The notes beneath the pieces are model-generated. The model did not search any database. It was not told the DNA's origin and was given only the letters and a program-made list of their open reading frames with translations. A stretch of 64,000 nucleotides of DNA from Desulfomonilia bacterium (lineage in GTDB: Bacteria; Desulfobacterota; Desulfomonilia; UBA1062), in assembly GCA_963664325.2 (NCBI GenBank), contig CAXXDQ010000007.1, forward strand, positions 96,001-160,000, in the 5' to 3' direction. Shown here piece by piece: positions 7,676 to 17,738 of this stretch (position 1 is the first letter of the stretch; each line of letters starts with the position of its first letter). The position numbers and the translations under genes were made by a program.

Positions 7676-9943
7676 CTATTTGGAGACCATCCTTTTGTCT
7701 AAGGTGGTCATCTTCCTGATGCCGTCATCCGTCACCACATAGCAGTCTTCAACTCCGATTAGGGTGTTCCCGAAGCTTTCCCAGGCCTCGATCTCGAAAA
7801 CCATGCCCTTCTCGTAAGTCCTGTCCAGGAAGCCCATTGTGCCGAAAAGGTGAGTTTCTTCGCATTCGAGGCCTATTGTATGCCCGACTGCGAACGTCAT
7901 GCCGTCCGGTTTTATGGTCTTGTAGTAGGCTATGGCCTCGTCGTTCAGTTCCTTGACGCTGACTCCCGGCTTGACGCGCTTTTCGAAATATTCCTGCAGG
8001 AGGATGAGCCTGTCAACGAGGCCCGCAGCCTCGTCAGGCACTCCACCTATGACCACGTGGCGGTTGACGTCCGCAACATATCCCTTGCAGATTGCCCCGA
8101 AGTCGAAACGCACTATATCGCCGTTCTTGACCTCCCTTCCCGTGCCCGGGAGTTCGGGATCGGAATCACCTATGCTCATTGTGAGATGGTCCCAGCCCAC
8201 AAGCCCCTCGTCCACGAACACTCTGCGCGCTATTTTAAGGAAGTCATTGTCGGTCATGCCGGCTTTGGCGGCCTCAATGCAGGCGGTGATAGCCTTTTCG
8301 GTAATAAGGGTGGCCTTCTCTATACAGGCAATCTCCTCGTCGCTCTTTATGATCCTCAGGTCCACCATGACCCCGTCGGCCGAGACTATTTCCGAATCCG
8401 GGTTCTTGTATGCGATATGGTCGGTTATATATTTGGGTGCAACGGACTCGACGCCTATGCGCTTGCCTACAAGTCCCCACTTCTTGATCTTCGACCATAT
8501 CTCGCGCCTGACATCCTTCTGGCTGCTTATGTCCCTGTGCTCAGCCACCCAGCATATATCGTCCACGCTCCTGAACAGTCCCCAGTTGAGAAGCATGACA
8601 TCACCTTCGCGCTTCATCATGGCGACGCTAGGGTACTGGTTATTGAGCGCGAAAAGGATCGGGTTGGCCTCGGCGTGCAGCACCGGCAGCCCCGTGAGAT
8701 AGTATATGTTAACGGGCGACGTTGCTATGAAGAGATCGAGATCGTACTTCTCCATTATTTCGGCGGCGCGTTTTTTATTGAATCCGAGGGACTTCATGCG
8801 TTTCACCTCCGGCAAATTTTTATTTATGGGGATATGAAGGTTAAGGTCTTCGAGAAGGGATAATGTGCCTTTCTCCTTTGCCAGCGAGAAAAGCTCGTCC
8901 CTGGCAGCGGCCCTGCCAGTATGCGCCGAGAGGTATCCCATAAGAACTCCGGCAATAGCGCTTTTCGCATCTTCGGGTGTGAACTCGGGCTCTTTGTTTT
9001 CAAGGATGCATCTGGCGAAATGCTCGTCTGCATGCCTTACCGATATGGTATAATACCTGGGAAACGGCTCGTGCTCGATGTCGGGCTCGAACCATTTCTG
9101 TTTGTTTTCACCCATGGTCTCGTGGTGCGAGAATATCTTTACCGGCTTATCCCACATGTGGTTTTCGAGTATGGTGCCCTTGGTACCGTATATCTCGAGG
9201 CTGTTGAAAGGCGGGGTTATCTGCGTGAAGCTTACCGTTATGTCGGCTATGGGTCCGCCCGCGAACCTGACCATTGAAAGCGCGTTGTCTTCGGCCTTTT
9301 CCGGCAGGTTGATCGCCTGTTTCGCGAGCATGGCTGTGACTGACTCGACCCTGTCGTTCAGTATCCATTCGATTGCAGCGAACTTGTGCGCGGCCATGTC
9401 GATGAACGAGCCGCCTCCCGCCTTGAGAGGGTCGCCTTTCCAGAAATCAGGTATGCTGAGGCCCGGTATCTCATTCACCCCCTCGTAAGCCCTCACGAGA
9501 AGAACTTCTCCGATGAGCCCCTGCTGAACGGCGTCATGCATGTATCTGTGCGCCGGGAGAAATCGGTGGTTTTCTGCGATCATCAGCTTGACGCCAGCCT
9601 TTCTGGCCGCATCTATCATCATGTCGCAACCCTCGATCGTGGTAGCCATGGGCTTTTCGCAGAGCACGTGCTTTCCGGCTGCTGCGCATTTCGCTACGAT
9701 GCCCTCGTGATACATGTGCGGTACGAGCACAAGTACGGCGTCTATGTCACTTTTAAGGAACTCCTCAAGACTGGCATATGCAGTCATCTCGTTCGTACGG
9801 TAGCGTCTGGCCATCTTCCTGGCCTGCTTGATGTTGACATCGTATATGGCCGTGAATTTTATGAATTCGGATCCGGCGCATGCATTGCTGTGAAAGCTCC
9901 AGGCGCCGCCCCCTCCTATGACTCCGCATTTGACGTGGTTCAT
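7676..9943 (-). CDS. Gfo/Idh/MocA oxidoreductase fused to an M24 (Xaa-Pro peptidase/creatinase-like) domain
   Basis: N-terminal GVIGGG, HVLCEKPMA and GGGSFIDMAAH; C-terminal DFG...GYVADVNR, GHTIG, FEIE and GVED. Confidence 0.85.
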   Translation of the reverse strand: MNHVKCGVIGGGGAWSFHSNACAGSEFIKFTAIYDVNIKQARKMARRYRTNEMTAYASLEEFLKSDIDAVLVLVPHMYHEGIVAKCAAAGKHVLCEKPMATTIEGCDMMIDAARKAGVKLMIAENHRFLPAHRYMHDAVQQGLIGEVLLVRAYEGVNEIPGLSIPDFWKGDPLKAGGGSFIDMAAHKFAAIEWILNDRVESVTAMLAKQAINLPEKAEDNALSMVRFAGGPIADITVSFTQITPPFNSLEIYGTKGTILENHMWDKPVKIFSHHETMGENKQKWFEPDIEHEPFPRYYTISVRHADEHFARCILENKEPEFTPEDAKSAIAGVLMGYLSAHTGRAAARDELFSLAKEKGTLSLLEDLNLHIPINKNLPEVKRMKSLGFNKKRAAEIMEKYDLDLFIATSPVNIYYLTGLPVLHAEANPILFALNNQYPSVAMMKREGDVMLLNWGLFRSVDDICWVAEHRDISSQKDVRREIWSKIKKWGLVGKRIGVESVAPKYITDHIAYKNPDSEIVSADGVMVDLRIIKSDEEIACIEKATLITEKAITACIEAAKAGMTDNDFLKIARRVFVDEGLVGWDHLTMSIGDSDPELPGTGREVKNGDIVRFDFGAICKGYVADVNRHVVIGGVPDEAAGLVDRLILLQEYFEKRVKPGVSVKELNDEAIAYYKTIKPDGMTFAVGHTIGLECEETHLFGTMGFLDRTYEKGMVFEIEAWESFGNTLIGVEDCYVVTDDGIRKMTTLDKRMVSK

Positions 9944-9962
9944 GTCGGACTCCTTATAAAGA

Positions 9963-10397
9963 TTATTCCAGTTCGTCCTGGACGATGTCCAGGATGGTCC
10001 TGAAGACCAGGGCGTCGTTGATGATACCATCAACCTTGAGCTCTCCGTTCATGTAGGCGGCGGTGGGGTCCACTGCTCCTGAGAATATGCCGACGGCAAG
10101 AGAGGAGCTCATGTCCAGGGTTATGTCAGGCGCGGATATTTCTCCGGAGCCCATGGAAAATTTAAGGTTTTCGACCTTCATCCATGCATAGGGCTTGCCG
10201 TCGATCCTGTACTGGAATTTCCTGTTAAAGCCTTCGACTTCGTCCTGGATATCTTCCGTGAAGTTGCAGAGCTGAGTGAATACTGCGAAAAAATCGGGCA
10301 GGTCATTTATCGAAAATGTGTTTTCCTCGATTTTATCCAGAACTGAATCCTTTAATGCCTGGTCCACCGGAATATTGCTTTCAATCAGCCATTGCAT
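9963..10397 (-). CDS. SCP2 sterol/lipid-binding domain protein
   Basis: APDITL...GIFSGAVDPTAAYMNGELKVDG; GGAGG RBS. Confidence 0.85.
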   Translation of the reverse strand: MQWLIESNIPVDQALKDSVLDKIEENTFSINDLPDFFAVFTQLCNFTEDIQDEVEGFNRKFQYRIDGKPYAWMKVENLKFSMGSGEISAPDITLDMSSSLAVGIFSGAVDPTAAYMNGELKVDGIINDALVFRTILDIVQDELE

Positions 10398-10433
10398 GAT
10401 TTTTACCTCCTGTCAGAAGATCGGATGTTTCAT

Positions 10434-10448
10434 ATTGGTCTGACCAAT
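10434..10448. promoter_or_regulatory. FadR/GntR-subfamily operator
   Basis: Perfect palindrome ATTGGTC-T-GACCAAT, 36 nt upstream of the SCP2 start; matches the TGGTCnGACCA consensus. Confidence 0.7.
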
Positions 10449-10550
10449 TTGTATAATTGAAAACTGTTTTTATATCAATAAAATATTATGGGAAAGCCAG
10501 AGGCTTGTAAAGTTAATCGCGGATTTGACTGTTATACGGGTATCTGAAAT

Positions 10551-10594
10551 AAAAAAAATGGGATGGCGTTTTTGGGCAAAGGAGGCGCCATCCC
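10551..10594 (-). terminator. Intrinsic terminator downstream of the radical SAM gene
   Basis: Stem GGGATGGCG/CGCCATCCC followed on the minus strand by a U8 tract. Confidence 0.7.
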
Positions 10595-10680
10595 TTAAGA
10601 GGAGGTTACAAAGACGTTTTTTTCTGTTCTAATTCTTTAGATGCATTTTCTTCTTTCTTGGATGCATGAATTCTTTATCG

Positions 10681-11589
10681 TCACTTTATGAAAATACTTA
10701 ACCCCGAAATTAAAGATTCCGGAAAAAAATTATAGGCACCCGAGGCCTCGGCTACTGGTGTGAATCCGCAGACCCTGCAATCGGGAGTTCCACGGCCTTT
10801 TACATAGCATCCGGTAAAAATATTCCCGTCAGGTGTGACGTTGGCGAGCAGCCACTCGCGGCACTTCCAGGTGTTTTCTATCATGGCTTGCAGTCTCGAG
10901 GATGAATTCAATATAGGAACTCCCGTCTTTTTCAGGCGGATGACTGTCTCGATGGCAAGCCTTCTTTCGTGAGGGTTAAGGCAAAGGTCTTCCTCACCCC
11001 GGGAATAAGGGTAGAAGAACTGGACTGTTATCCCTTTTACCTGAGGGATTTTTGCAACAAAAAGGGATAACTCTTCAAATTCCTTCCAGTTGAGTCTGTT
11101 GAATGTGAAATGCACAAGCAGTTTCTTATGGGTGCTGTTTCTTATGTTTGAAATTGCCGTATCAAAAGAGTTGCACCTGAGTCTGTCATGGGTTTCCTTC
11201 AAGCCGTCTACGCTTACCCAGAGTATATCGGTTTCTGGATCAAGCGGCAGTGTGCCGTTGGTCGTGACGCCAACAGAAATGAAATGCTTTTTGGCCAGCA
11301 GGGCCAGGTCATTGAAATCACGGGTCCCGCTTTTCCACATGAGCGGTTCGCCTCCCTCAAATATGACGAAAAGGCAGCCCTTTTCTTTTAAGCGCAAGAT
11401 CGCCTGTACGGCATCTTCCCATGAGATGTGCGCACCGGGCATTCCCGACAATGAATGAAAAGGGCAGGGCGCACATCTAAGGTTGCAGAGATATGTGAGC
11501 TTGAAACTGGCGATCAGGGGGATTTGCTTCCTGAAGACCCTTGTCCTCAGAAAATAATGGACAAGCAGGGGTAGGGCATTAATCTTCAA
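10681..11589 (-). CDS. Radical SAM protein with a C-terminal Cys cluster (SPASM/twitch or DUF3463-like)
   Basis: CNLRCAPC, FEGGEPL, TTNG, VSVDG; C-terminal C...PDG...C...CxxC. Confidence 0.9.
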   Translation of the reverse strand: MKINALPLLVHYFLRTRVFRKQIPLIASFKLTYLCNLRCAPCPFHSLSGMPGAHISWEDAVQAILRLKEKGCLFVIFEGGEPLMWKSGTRDFNDLALLAKKHFISVGVTTNGTLPLDPETDILWVSVDGLKETHDRLRCNSFDTAISNIRNSTHKKLLVHFTFNRLNWKEFEELSLFVAKIPQVKGITVQFFYPYSRGEEDLCLNPHERRLAIETVIRLKKTGVPILNSSSRLQAMIENTWKCREWLLANVTPDGNIFTGCYVKGRGTPDCRVCGFTPVAEASGAYNFFPESLISGLSIFIK

Positions 11590-13036
11590 TACGCGATACG
11601 TAATCCGTAACCTTTGCCAGGGCGTAAATCGCTCTGTCGGGTGACGGATATGCCATCACGCCTTTTGAATCAAGCATGGCGATTATGCTTTCGTTTCTCG
11701 GCGCATCAAAGGCCATGAGGTCGATGACTGGGACGATCGGAATGCCTTCCTTTTCGATAAGGCCGCAGAGAAGCTCGAAAAGCCTGTGCTCTTCACTTAT
11801 AAGTATGTTTGCATACTTTTCAATATCGGCTCTGGAAATGACATCTGATGTCAGCAGCCTTTCCGCCCTCATGGTCATGTAACCCAGCCCCATCACTATG
11901 ACAGAATCGATGGTCCCGCATTCGGCAAGCAGCTTTACGGAATCGGTTATGACATTGACCTTGCCCGGCGCAACCAGGTCAACGGGATTTCCCCTGCTCC
12001 AGAACGGCGGCAGGACACTGTCGAGTTCTTCGATGATTGTTTTGCCGAGCGGCGGTATATCGAGTCCGTTTGAGGTGCACATGTCGGTTGCTATTACGCC
12101 CCATCCTCCGCCCAGTGTAATTATGCCAACACGGTTTCCTCTGGGAACAGGCTGCGAAATCAGCATGCCGGCCACGTCTATCATTTCATCCATAGTCGTC
12201 ACCTGGATAATGCCGGTCTGCCTGCACATGGATGAGAATACGCCGTCATCGCTTGCTATCGCACCTGTATGGGACATGGCGGCCCTGGCTCCCTGGGCGG
12301 TCCGGCCGCCTTTGAGAAGAATCACGGGCTTATTCCGGGTTATCCTTCTGGCTGAATCAAAAAAGCGCCTGCCATCCCTCACGCCTTCCACATAAAGGCA
12401 TATCACCTTTGTCTTCCCGTCTTCCTCGAGCATCTGAAGGTAGTCTTCCATCGTCAGGTCCGCCTCGTTCCCTGAACTGACAAGACGGGAAAGCCCTATA
12501 TCCCGCCTTATGAAGCGGTACGCTATGGATGATCCGAGGTTTCCGCTCTGCGTTATCAGCCCGACATTGCCTTTCTTTATGGGCATGGATGTCATCAGCG
12601 CCTGCATGCATGAAGGCCATGCGCTGAAAATGCCCATGGTATTGGGGCCCACCAGCCTTATCCCGCCCGAGCGGGAAATTTTCACTACTTCTTTTTCAAG
12701 GGCCGCGCCTTTTTCACCTGTTTCTGAAAAACCGGCAGTGATGACAATTGCCGCAGGTATCTTTTTTTCTATGCATTGCTTGATTGTTGAAGGAACGAGG
12801 GTGTCTTTAACGACAATAACGGCCAGGTCGATCTTATCGCAGATGTCAGAAATATTTTTATAGACCTTTCTCCCGTACCATTCACCGCCCTGCGGATTTA
12901 CAGGGTAAAGCCTTCCCTGATAGTCGCACCTTATTATATGGTGAAGGATATTGAAGCCCCATTTGAAGACGTCTCTCGATGCGCCTATGAAAGCAATCGA
13001 TTCCGGTTCAAAAAGGGCTTTTGCGATGCTGTCCAT
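11579..13036 (-). CDS. NDP-forming acyl-CoA synthetase alpha-type subunit (CoA-binding, no ATP-grasp domain)
   Basis: LFEPESIAFIGAS, ITAGFSE, GPNTMG, TQSG, SGNEAD, phospho-His motif SHTGA, NPVD. Confidence 0.88.
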   Translation of the reverse strand: MDSIAKALFEPESIAFIGASRDVFKWGFNILHHIIRCDYQGRLYPVNPQGGEWYGRKVYKNISDICDKIDLAVIVVKDTLVPSTIKQCIEKKIPAAIVITAGFSETGEKGAALEKEVVKISRSGGIRLVGPNTMGIFSAWPSCMQALMTSMPIKKGNVGLITQSGNLGSSIAYRFIRRDIGLSRLVSSGNEADLTMEDYLQMLEEDGKTKVICLYVEGVRDGRRFFDSARRITRNKPVILLKGGRTAQGARAAMSHTGAIASDDGVFSSMCRQTGIIQVTTMDEMIDVAGMLISQPVPRGNRVGIITLGGGWGVIATDMCTSNGLDIPPLGKTIIEELDSVLPPFWSRGNPVDLVAPGKVNVITDSVKLLAECGTIDSVIVMGLGYMTMRAERLLTSDVISRADIEKYANILISEEHRLFELLCGLIEKEGIPIVPVIDLMAFDAPRNESIIAMLDSKGVMAYPSPDRAIYALAKVTDYVSRIED

Positions 13037-13843
13037 CTATTTCCCCGGGAAGTCGGCCTTGCGCTTTTCCTTCTGGGCGCGTACCCCTTCGCGTGCATCC
13101 GCACTGCCGAAAACGGGCAGCCCGATTTCGACCTCGCGGTCAAAGGCCCTCCTGAGTTCCATTTCCCTCATCTCGCGGGCAAACTTGATTATACCCTGGC
13201 ATGCCAGCGGACCGTTACCCGCAATCTTTTCGGCCATGGCCATGGCCGTGTCCATCAGCTCGGACTTCTTGACGACCCTGTTCAGGAAACCCCACTCATA
13301 AAGCGTCTGGGCGTCGTAATTGCCTGCCGTGAGAAGGATTTCAAGTGCACGGTTGGGCCCTAATATCCTGGGCAGGAAAACGTTTCCTCCTCCTATCGGC
13401 ATGATGCCCAGGCTGGATTCGCGCATCTGGAAGACCGCATCATACGAAGCGATCCTGATGTCAGCGCCCATCGCCATTTCAAACCCGCCGGTGAGGCAGT
13501 AACCGTTCACCGCTATGATGACGGGTTTCATGACAAAACTGTATTTCAGCATGGCCTCGCCTGCGCCGCTGCCGAACCCTTCATAAAGCCACTTCTCCGC
13601 ATCGTTTTCAGGCTCGCGCATGCGGGTGAGCACAGGGATTGCCGTCTTCAGATCCATACCGGAGCAGAATATATCCGGCAGCGCCGAATAAATTACGGCC
13701 ACCCTGACATTTGCATCTGCATTTATATCCTTGTATGCGTTGTGGAGTTCGAGCAATATACCCGGGTCAAGCGCGTTTTTCTGTTCAGGCCTGTTGAGCC
13801 CCAGTTTGGCGATGTGTCCGACTTTCTCATATATAAGCCCCAT
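13037..13843 (-). CDS. Enoyl-CoA hydratase/isomerase
   Basis: LNRPEQKNAL, FCSGMDL, AVNGYCLTGGFE, EGVRAQKEKRKADF; AAGGAGG RBS. Confidence 0.92.
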   Translation of the reverse strand: MGLIYEKVGHIAKLGLNRPEQKNALDPGILLELHNAYKDINADANVRVAVIYSALPDIFCSGMDLKTAIPVLTRMREPENDAEKWLYEGFGSGAGEAMLKYSFVMKPVIIAVNGYCLTGGFEMAMGADIRIASYDAVFQMRESSLGIMPIGGGNVFLPRILGPNRALEILLTAGNYDAQTLYEWGFLNRVVKKSELMDTAMAMAEKIAGNGPLACQGIIKFAREMREMELRRAFDREVEIGLPVFGSADAREGVRAQKEKRKADFPGK

Positions 13844-13996
13844 TGATATTCCTCCTTGCAAAATGGATTTACAGGTTGTTACGGTTGAAATCAATATTTG
13901 TCAACATTGCATAAAACCGCTTGACACTTTTTCAACATATTATAAATGATACTCTCTGGTGCCTGAAAACATTACATAATTCAACCAGAGGTGAAC

Positions 13997-15724
13997 ATGA
14001 AAAAGGTTTTATCCGGTAACGAGGCAATTGCTAGAGGGGCATACGAGGCGGGAGTAAGGATTGCTTCGGCCTATCCAGGAACCCCCAGCACTGAAATTCT
14101 TGAGACGATGGCCAAGGAATATAAAAACATCCTGTCCGAGTGGGCGCCGAATGAGAAGGTCGCACTTGAAGTCGCATCCGGCGCATCCTATGCTGGAGCC
14201 AGGACCATGGCCGTTATGAAGCATGTCGGAGTAAACGTTGCGGCCGACCCTTTGATGACACTTCCGTACACTCTTGTCAGGGGCGGGCTTGTACTTGTAA
14301 GCGCAGATGACCCGGAGCTGTTTTCCTCGCAGAACGAGCAGGACAACCGCCATTATGCCAGGTTTGCAAAAATTCCCATGCTGGAGCCTTCTACCTCGCA
14401 GGAAGCGAAGGATTTCGTCATTCATGGCATGAAAATCAGCGAGGAGTTTGAAACGCCTCTCATGCTCAGGACGACAACCCGCATTTCGCACTCGATGGGC
14501 GTCGTCGAAACAGGCAATCCCCTTGAGGTCAAGGCCCCGGCGCTTGAAAGGCATCCCAGGGAATGGGTCATGCTACCCGCCAATGCAAGGGTGCGCCACC
14601 CGGTCATTGAAGAGAGGATCATCAGGCTCAGGGAGCTTTCGAACAGCTCACCGCTCAACTATGAAGAAATGGGCGACAAATCCATAGGAATTATTTCTTC
14701 CGGCATAGCGTACCAGTACGCAAAAGAGGCGATGCCGGGAGCCTCGTTCCTGAAGCTTGGCATGTCCTATCCCTTGCCGGATGAGAAAATAAAGAAGTTT
14801 GCGGCCAAGGTAAAGGAACTGTGGATTGTGGAAGAACTCGACCCGTTCTTTGAAGAGCAGGTCAAGGCGATGGGCATAGCCTGCAGGGGCAAGGATGCCA
14901 TCCCGATGTGCGGGGAATTGAATCCCGATATCGTAAAAGAGGCTATAACAGGCAAAAAAACTGGCAGACCTGCAGCGGCAAGTCTTCCCGGAAGGCCGCC
15001 CAGCATGTGCCCGGGATGCCCACACCGCGGGATGCTATGGGCGATGCGGCGAAACAAGGCATTCATTGCCGGCGATATAGGCTGCTACACTCTGGGGTTC
15101 CTGCCGCCGCTCGATGCAATCGATACATGCCAGTGCATGGGCGCCGGAATCAGCCACGCGCACGGGATGTCAAAGGTGTTCGGGGCCGGGAAGGAAAAGA
15201 TCACGGCCGTAATAGGGGATTCCACTTTTTACCATTCCGGTCTCACCGGACTCTTGAATCTGGCGTACAACAACGGGGTCGCGTTAATAGTCATACTTGA
15301 CAACAGCACGACCGCAATGACCGGTGCGCAGAACCATCCGGGGACCGGCACAACGCTGATGGGCAGCAAGACGATTGATATAGACCTGGCCAGGGTAGTC
15401 AGGGCCCTGGGCATCAAATGGGTCGAAACAGTCAATCCCTATGAATTGAAGAATACCCGCAAAAAGGTAAAAGAGGCGCTGGAATTCGACGGGCCTTCGG
15501 TGATCATTTCAAAGGCCCCGTGCGTACTCCTGAAATCAAAGGCGGTATCAGGCAAACCGCTCAGGGTTGAAAAAGAAAAATGCACGAACTGCAAGGTATG
15601 TATCTCGCTTGGATGTCCGGCAATAGAGGCAAATGAGGATTCTGTCAAAATAAACTCCCTGTGCGTGGGCTGCGGGATTTGCGCCGAAATATGTGCGCCC
15701 GGCGCCATAGGAGGTGCGGAATGA
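13997..15724 (+). CDS. iorA: Indolepyruvate ferredoxin oxidoreductase alpha subunit
   Basis: GNEAIARG, YPGTPSTE, NEKVALE, KHVGVNVAAD, SSQNEQD, CPGCPH, GDIGCY, GDSTF, C-terminal 2x[4Fe-4S]. Confidence 0.95.
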   Translation: MKKVLSGNEAIARGAYEAGVRIASAYPGTPSTEILETMAKEYKNILSEWAPNEKVALEVASGASYAGARTMAVMKHVGVNVAADPLMTLPYTLVRGGLVLVSADDPELFSSQNEQDNRHYARFAKIPMLEPSTSQEAKDFVIHGMKISEEFETPLMLRTTTRISHSMGVVETGNPLEVKAPALERHPREWVMLPANARVRHPVIEERIIRLRELSNSSPLNYEEMGDKSIGIISSGIAYQYAKEAMPGASFLKLGMSYPLPDEKIKKFAAKVKELWIVEELDPFFEEQVKAMGIACRGKDAIPMCGELNPDIVKEAITGKKTGRPAAASLPGRPPSMCPGCPHRGMLWAMRRNKAFIAGDIGCYTLGFLPPLDAIDTCQCMGAGISHAHGMSKVFGAGKEKITAVIGDSTFYHSGLTGLLNLAYNNGVALIVILDNSTTAMTGAQNHPGTGTTLMGSKTIDIDLARVVRALGIKWVETVNPYELKNTRKKVKEALEFDGPSVIISKAPCVLLKSKAVSGKPLRVEKEKCTNCKVCISLGCPAIEANEDSVKINSLCVGCGICAEICAPGAIGGAE

Positions 15725-16281
15725 ACGTTCTAATGACGGGGGTCGGCGGACAGGGCATAATCCTGGCTTCAGACATACTTTCAGAGGTCATGATGAGGGC
15801 CGGCATGGATGTGAAAAAATCAGAGATACACGGCATGGCGCAAAGGGGCGGGAGCGTAATGTCCCATGTGCGCTTCGCTGACAAGGTCTATTCTCCGATC
15901 ATTCCGCAGGGCGAATGTGATATCATGGTTTCATTCGAGGAGCTGGAGACGGCCAGGTATCTTTCCTTCCTGAACAGCAACTCAAGGGTCATAATCAATA
16001 AATTCAGGCTTTCTCCACCATCGGTTGCTGCAGGCAAGGACCAGTATCCGGATGTTTTGCCGCTGATAAAGGATATTACAAAAAATGTCAGTGTTGTCGA
16101 GGGCAGCAAAGCTGCCAAAGAGATTGGCAATCCGAGGGGGGTCAACATAGTCCTTATGGGAGTCCTTTCCAAATACCTGGATTGCCCGGAAAGCACCTGG
16201 ATTGAAACACTCAACGATATGATTGCCGAGAAGATAAGGAAGGCGAATATTGAAGGCTTCATGAAGGGCCGGACGCTGTGA
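15721..16281 (+). CDS. iorB: Indolepyruvate ferredoxin oxidoreductase beta subunit
   Basis: GVGGQG, SEIHGMAQRGGSV; ATGA overlap with the iorA stop. Confidence 0.95.
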   Translation: MNVLMTGVGGQGIILASDILSEVMMRAGMDVKKSEIHGMAQRGGSVMSHVRFADKVYSPIIPQGECDIMVSFEELETARYLSFLNSNSRVIINKFRLSPPSVAAGKDQYPDVLPLIKDITKNVSVVEGSKAAKEIGNPRGVNIVLMGVLSKYLDCPESTWIETLNDMIAEKIRKANIEGFMKGRTL

Positions 16282-16422
16282 AATAATGAGGCTGCTTAAT
16301 CGTCTGCGCCATATGCAGTGAAAGCGGTTCCGGTCATTGTAAAACGCGGGCATAGTAACAGGAAAGCGGTTTTAGGCAATATTTTTTAAAAGGAATAAAC
16401 AAAGAATTTTCAGGAGGATAAG

Positions 16423-17724
16423 ATGATTTTCAATTACGAGTTCGAAACACTTCCCAGAGAGGCCCTGGAGGCGCTCCAGGTCAAGAGGCTGCGCCAGGTG
16501 GCGGACAGGGTCTATCATACGGTGCCCTTTTACAGGAAGGCATTCGACGACCTGAAGGTGAGGCCGGAACAGATCAAGGGCCTCGACGACCTCAAGAGAC
16601 TCCCGTTCACAACCAAGAAGGATTTGCGCGACAACTATCCTTTCGGTCTCTTTACCGTTCCAATGAGCAACGTGGTCAGGATACACGCATCATCGGGTAC
16701 CACCGGCAAACCAACAGTCGTCGGATATACCAAGCGCGATATTGACATGTGGGCGGAACTGATGGCAAGGTGCTTTGCCGCCGCCGGTCTTACCAATCAT
16801 GACGTCATTCACAATGCCTACGGCTACGGGCTGTTCACGGGCGGCCTTGGAGCCCATTACGGTGCTGAAAGGCTCGGAGCAAGCGTCATCCCCATGTCGG
16901 GCGGAAACACGAAGAAGCAGATCATGATACTCCAGGACTTCGAGCCGACGGCCATCTGCTGTACGCCGTCATATGCACTTTTCCTTGCAGAGGCCGGGGA
17001 GGAGCTGGGCGTCGATATGAAGGCCCTCAAGCTGAGAACAGGCATCCTGGGCGCAGAACCCTGGAGCGAAAGGATGCGCCAGGAAATCGAAACCAAGCTT
17101 GCAATTGAAGCGCTTAATATCTACGGCCTTTCAGAAATAATCGGACCGGGCGTTTCAATGGAATGCATCGAGGCCAAGAAAGGCATGCACATATTCGAAG
17201 ATAATTTCATCGTGGAGGTCATCGATCCTGAAACAGGAGAGCAGCTTCCATACGGTGATAAAGGCGAGCTGGTGTTTACGACAATAACGAAAGAGGCCTT
17301 CCCGCTCATCAGATACCGCACCAAGGACATATCTATGCTCTATCCGGAAATCTGCAAATGCGGCAGGACCTTTGTTCGGATGGAGAGGGTGACGGGACGC
17401 AGCGATGACATGCTCATCATCAGGGGCGTAAACGTCTATCCGTCGCAGATAGAGAGCGTGCTGCTTGAAATCGAAGGGCTTGAGCCTCACTATCAGCTCA
17501 TAGTTGACAGGGAAGGTTCTCTTGACACCCTTGAGGTCCAGGTCGAAGTCAGCGAAAAAATAGTTTCAGATGAGATCAAGGTCATGCAGGGACTTCAGAA
17601 GCGCCTTGGCAAGGACATAAAGGACCTGCTCGGCGTTACGGCAAAGATAAAGCTTGTTGAGCCAAAGACCCTTCAGAGATTCGAGGGCAAGGCCCAGAGA
17701 GTAACCGACAAACGCAATATCTAA
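16423..17724 (+). CDS. paaK: Phenylacetate-CoA ligase
   Basis: [46 protein letters not shown]. Confidence 0.95.
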   Translation: MIFNYEFETLPREALEALQVKRLRQVADRVYHTVPFYRKAFDDLKVRPEQIKGLDDLKRLPFTTKKDLRDNYPFGLFTVPMSNVVRIHASSGTTGKPTVVGYTKRDIDMWAELMARCFAAAGLTNHDVIHNAYGYGLFTGGLGAHYGAERLGASVIPMSGGNTKKQIMILQDFEPTAICCTPSYALFLAEAGEELGVDMKALKLRTGILGAEPWSERMRQEIETKLAIEALNIYGLSEIIGPGVSMECIEAKKGMHIFEDNFIVEVIDPETGEQLPYGDKGELVFTTITKEAFPLIRYRTKDISMLYPEICKCGRTFVRMERVTGRSDDMLIIRGVNVYPSQIESVLLEIEGLEPHYQLIVDREGSLDTLEVQVEVSEKIVSDEIKVMQGLQKRLGKDIKDLLGVTAKIKLVEPKTLQRFEGKAQRVTDKRNI

Positions 17725-17738
17725 GGAGGGAGACGATT

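Noticed and set aside
7429-7719. Short ORFs spanning the palindrome
   Set aside because: They read through the repeat element; the distal part may be an unidentifiable gene fragment.
7850-8863. Long plus-strand ORFs (also 30136-31068, 21896-22612, 27119-27907 on the minus strand)
   Set aside because: Antisense to well-supported genes, with no recognisable motifs.
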